NCBI RefSeq assembly: GCF_000143415.4
Contig: NW_003314337.1
Coordinates: 386,061-450,060 of the forward strand
Direction of reading: 5' to 3'
Source: Selaginella moellendorffii
Taxonomy: Eukaryota; Plantae; Lycopodiophyta
DNA: 64,000 nt
Shown here: positions 60,522 to 64,000 of the stretch, in pieces
Numbering within the stretch: the stretch's first letter is position 1
Layout: the number at the start of each line of letters is the position of its first letter
Made by a program: the position numbers and the translations under genes
Notes under the pieces: model-generated
Database searches by the model: none
What the model was told of the DNA's origin: nothing
The model's input: only the letters and a program-made list of their open reading frames with translations

Positions 60522-62694
60522 TCACACTGCTGCTGGAGGCGGCTTTATGATGTATCTGTAGAGCGCGGTCTTCTTCTTCCTGGACAAAGTGTTATCGACT
60601 GAAAGCACGAGATTACCAGGCTCTGGCGACTTGAAAGTGTTGCGGATAGGCTCCTCGAGCGATGTTATCTTTTTCGGTTTCACAACTATCGTGGTGTACC
60701 CTCCCTCCTTGCTGGGGACAAACTCGGCACCGTATGTCACGTCCGAGCCTACTAGTGCAAATTCCCAAACCACTGTATCTCCAGCCTGAGGGGAAAATAA
60801 AAAGAAGAAAGAGTAGCAAAAAGAAGATTAGTACCTATAACATCCTCGTGATTTTGATCAGCACGCAAGAGCACAGACAAGTTCTTACCCCTGACACTTC
60901 AATACTGGCAGTCTTCTTCTCGCCAGCTTTTAGTACCAGCTCTGTCACCGAAGCACTGGCATCTCCTCCAAATTCAGTATCATTAGCTCTGCTCAGACCG
61001 CCGTATTGCACAGGAATGTTGTCGGGAGAGATAAATCTGATCAAGGGACAAGAAAAAAGCCAAAGGATTTCGGCGCGTGGGTGAGTAGAGTAAACAACAG
61101 CAAAGAAAACAAACACTATTACTTGAACAAAGAGCTCCCCCCGAACGTGAACTTGCTCTTGGTACGTTGCGTGAAGAAGGGACTGATAAATGCATAGATG
61201 GTACTGAAATACCAGGGAGTATTCAAAAGAACCTGGGCCACAGCAAAACAATTAGAAACCAAAAAGTCGAATCGATCGAACACTTACGATTTTCACGACA
61301 AGCTCCGGATAGTTGTCCGTTAGAAGTTTAAGAGCCTGGCTCATAAAAAGCCGGACACCTTTCTTCCCCAGTAAAGGAGCGTTCTTCATGTCGACCACCT
61401 GTAGCATTGAGGTGACACCCCCTGGATTGAAATTCAAGCTCTGGATTTGCTTCTCCAATAGCTGCACCCTCCACCGCAATGCCTTCTCTGTCTTGGCAGC
61501 GTCGCCAAAAACTTTCTGATAGAAATCCTTATCCTGGAACGCTCCAAAGTCATTGTACTGCACGGGATGCCCCTCCTTGTCCACGCCGTGGTTGAAAGCC
61601 GACGCCTCAAACTCGGTCCCCAAGTCCTCCTCCAGAATCTTGTCAGCTCCATACCTCTTCCTCCACAGCACACAGTTCTTGAGCATTGCAAACGCGTCCT
61701 TCACCTTAAAGTCCCTGGCCCGGAGAAACTTGAGGAAAATCACCTGAGTTCTCGGATCACCCTTGCTTGGCAGCAACGGAACTCCCCACAATTCCAAGTC
61801 CTCCGGAGGAGCAGTGTCCTCTTCCACCTGCGTCGTCTCCGTCACTAGCGGAGGAGCCACTATCACGCCATCTTTGGGAGCCTCATCAATTGGAGCTGCC
61901 AGAGGAGCTTCTTCAATCTTGGGCTCTTCCGCTTTTGCTTCTGGAGCTCCTCCTTCCACCTCCTCTTTCACTGCTGGAGTTTCTTCCGCCTTGGGAGCTT
62001 CTTCCACCTTGGGAGTTTCTTCCAGCTTTGGAGTTTCTTCCACCTTTGGAATTGCTTCTGGAGCTTTTACCTCTTCGCTGGTGGGCTCTGGAGCAGCAGC
62101 AGCCTCGGACGATGCCGCTGGAGTGGTCGTGGCTTCTTCCTCCTTGGGAGCTTCCGACAGTGGCAGTTCTGGTGCTGCCTCCTCGGGGGCGATCACAGCC
62201 ACTGCAGCCTCCTGAATCTTCACCTCCAAATCGCCCTCCTTGACATCCTTCTCGATCGTGGTGGCCACAATCACAGCCTCATCCACCTTAGCAACCTCCG
62301 TTGTCTCCTTGACGACCTCCACCTTGGGCGGCAACACAAACTCCTTGGCCTTGATCGCCGCCTCTACCTTGTCCGACAATTCATGCAGCGCCTTCTTCTC
62401 CGACTCCTTTAGATCTTTCTCGAAGTAGCTCTCCTCCTTGAAAGACGGAAGACTATCATCCACTGGCCCCGGCGCCGCCACTTCTTCTGGCGCTTCCCCC
62501 TCTTTCGCTGCCTCCGCTGCAGCTTCGCCATTCCCGGATTCCGACGCCGGCGCTGGCGCTGCTGGAGCTGGAGCTGGAGATTCCTCGATCTTGGCCGCCT
62601 CTTCTTTCCCTGGCTCCTCGATCTTTTGCTGCGCCTCGTCGGGAAGAGGAGGAGGAGGTGTGGCAGTAGCATCTGCTGCCGCCGGCGTCGCCAT
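60522..62694 (-). CDS. PATL: Patellin (acidic N-terminus + CRAL-TRIO/Sec14 + GOLD); five exons
   Basis: SFKEESYFEKDLKESEKKALHEL, LWGVPLLPSKGD..FLKFLRARDFKVKDAF, DNYPELV, ISPDNIPVQYGGLSR, GOLD segment WEFALVGSDVTYGAEFVP..LVLSVDN. Confidence 0.95.
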
Positions 62695-64000
62695 TTCCGA
62701 TGGAGTTATCGCAAATGCCGGGAAGAAAACTTAGCTTGCTCCCCGAAACCCTAGAACCCCCAAAAACACCCAAGGTATATTTTATTAGGGTTTATGGGCA
62801 ATAGAATATTCCCGCGCAGCTCAGCCAGCTAGCTCCATTCCTTGTACTCTAAGTGTCACAGTCGTGCATCTCTTGTGTGATTGTTTCCAATCACTCACGT
62901 AGCTCGCGCATCGCATTACTCACGTAATCCATCAAAGAACGGTTGGTGGTGTGGTCAACGATCTCTCGCCATAAAAAAAAACCAACCTTCTCTTTGAGCA
63001 AATCTCCTGTCACTCACGACCATTATATCGAAAACAAAAAGAAACCATTTTTTTTCGCGAGTACGTGAAACTTACCACCAGCAGTGACATGAAATTATAG
63101 AGCGCCCCATCCAGACACCTCCCTGACACGAAACATTGATGATCAAACTCGAGGGGCAAAACGAGTGAATCTATCATCGTTTTTTTATTTCTCGTTTTTT
63201 TCTTTTCGCTGAATGCCGGCTGAGAGAGACCCCTGCGAGACGAGGAAACGCATAAGAACACCTGTTTCTCGCTTGACGAGAGAGCTCTCACCTAAGCGAA
63301 ACCAGATATCCATCGCTTTCGCTGCCTCCAAAAGTAAAAACCACACACGCACTTGCCATGAGTTTTTGAGTCGGTGTGAATCACGATTCACGCCAGTTTT
63401 AGCTTCTGCCAAGACACAAAAACACAAAATCACGGGTTTATAAAGTTAAAAACAAGATAAGCGACACCGATTCAAACAAAAGCGACAGGCATACCTTCGT
63501 TTTCATGAGGCCTTGGAGTTTGCTTTTAAATGATCTCGCATCGCGTTCGCACCGGCTGTGACGCCACATACATAAAAGCATCTGAGCTACCAAGTGAGAC
63601 TGCATATGCATTCAAAGCGTTCACGAACCTGGGGTGTATATATATAAACTTTGCTTTTTCAATTCGTCGATTCCGTAAGTGGTTTCTTCAAGTCGCCTGG
63701 ATGAACAGATCCCGCGGAATAATCGAGTGTCCTGCAAGACAAGTTACCAAGCGAATGAGCGACGCATCAACCACCTCTGTCAAGTTAAAAAAGAGAGAAC
63801 TTCACAACGAAACATCCTTCTCTTACGTGCTACTTTTGTGCTTCCAGGGACACACGTCTATGAAATACTCCAACGTCCTGTACGGCAGCTATATTCTTTT
63901 CGTTCTCTTCGATGGTTTTAATGGTTTCGTAGTCACAAAGAGCGACCCAGAGCTTAAGCCTGCAACGAATAAATGCTCAGAGAAATGCGGTAGTGGAAGC

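Noticed and set aside
61763-62773. Ser/Ala-rich antisense and alternate-frame ORFs
   Set aside because: They are shadows of the low-complexity Glu/Ala/Pro-rich patellin N-terminus.
62700-64000. Short ORFs upstream of patellin
   Set aside because: No coding signal or recognisable RNA gene; treated as promoter or intergenic sequence.

Overview
Eukaryotic plant nuclear DNA with very compact genes, mostly 50-70 nt introns and telo-box (AAACCCTA) promoters. The short-repeat PLS-type PPR genes and an intron-containing phosphate acetyltransferase suggest a lycophyte such as Selaginella (inference). About 19 intact-looking genes: PHD/ELM2/zf-CW, GAUT, PTA, Nop15-like RRM, SEC3, two PPRs, IST1, F-box, a pseudokinase, QCR8, BTB, TMEM120, plastid TPR, DEAD-box RH57/ROK1, FLIP/FIRRM, an unknown conserved plant protein, LPAT2 and patellin. 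Neighbouring start or stop codons can be as little as 16-160 nt apart. The gene-dense tracts are interrupted by five accessory blocks (about 7.95-11.05, 18.55-21.15, 22.2-28.4, 34.2-42.6 and 51.3-57.2 kb). Main observation: three of these blocks, possibly four, are flanked by 0.3-1.35 kb direct duplications of the junction between two tightly packed genes. The copies have decayed so that each gene stays intact on its own side and keeps a broken piece of its neighbour as 3' flank. Other highlights: a miniature LTR element with a tandem array of tRNA-Met primer-binding-site units, a candidate PPR-SEC3 dicistronic or embedded-promoter arrangement, a 39-nt head-to-head spacer, and a CK1/fungal-type kinase pseudogene. 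Exon boundaries were read by eye and no database searches were run.
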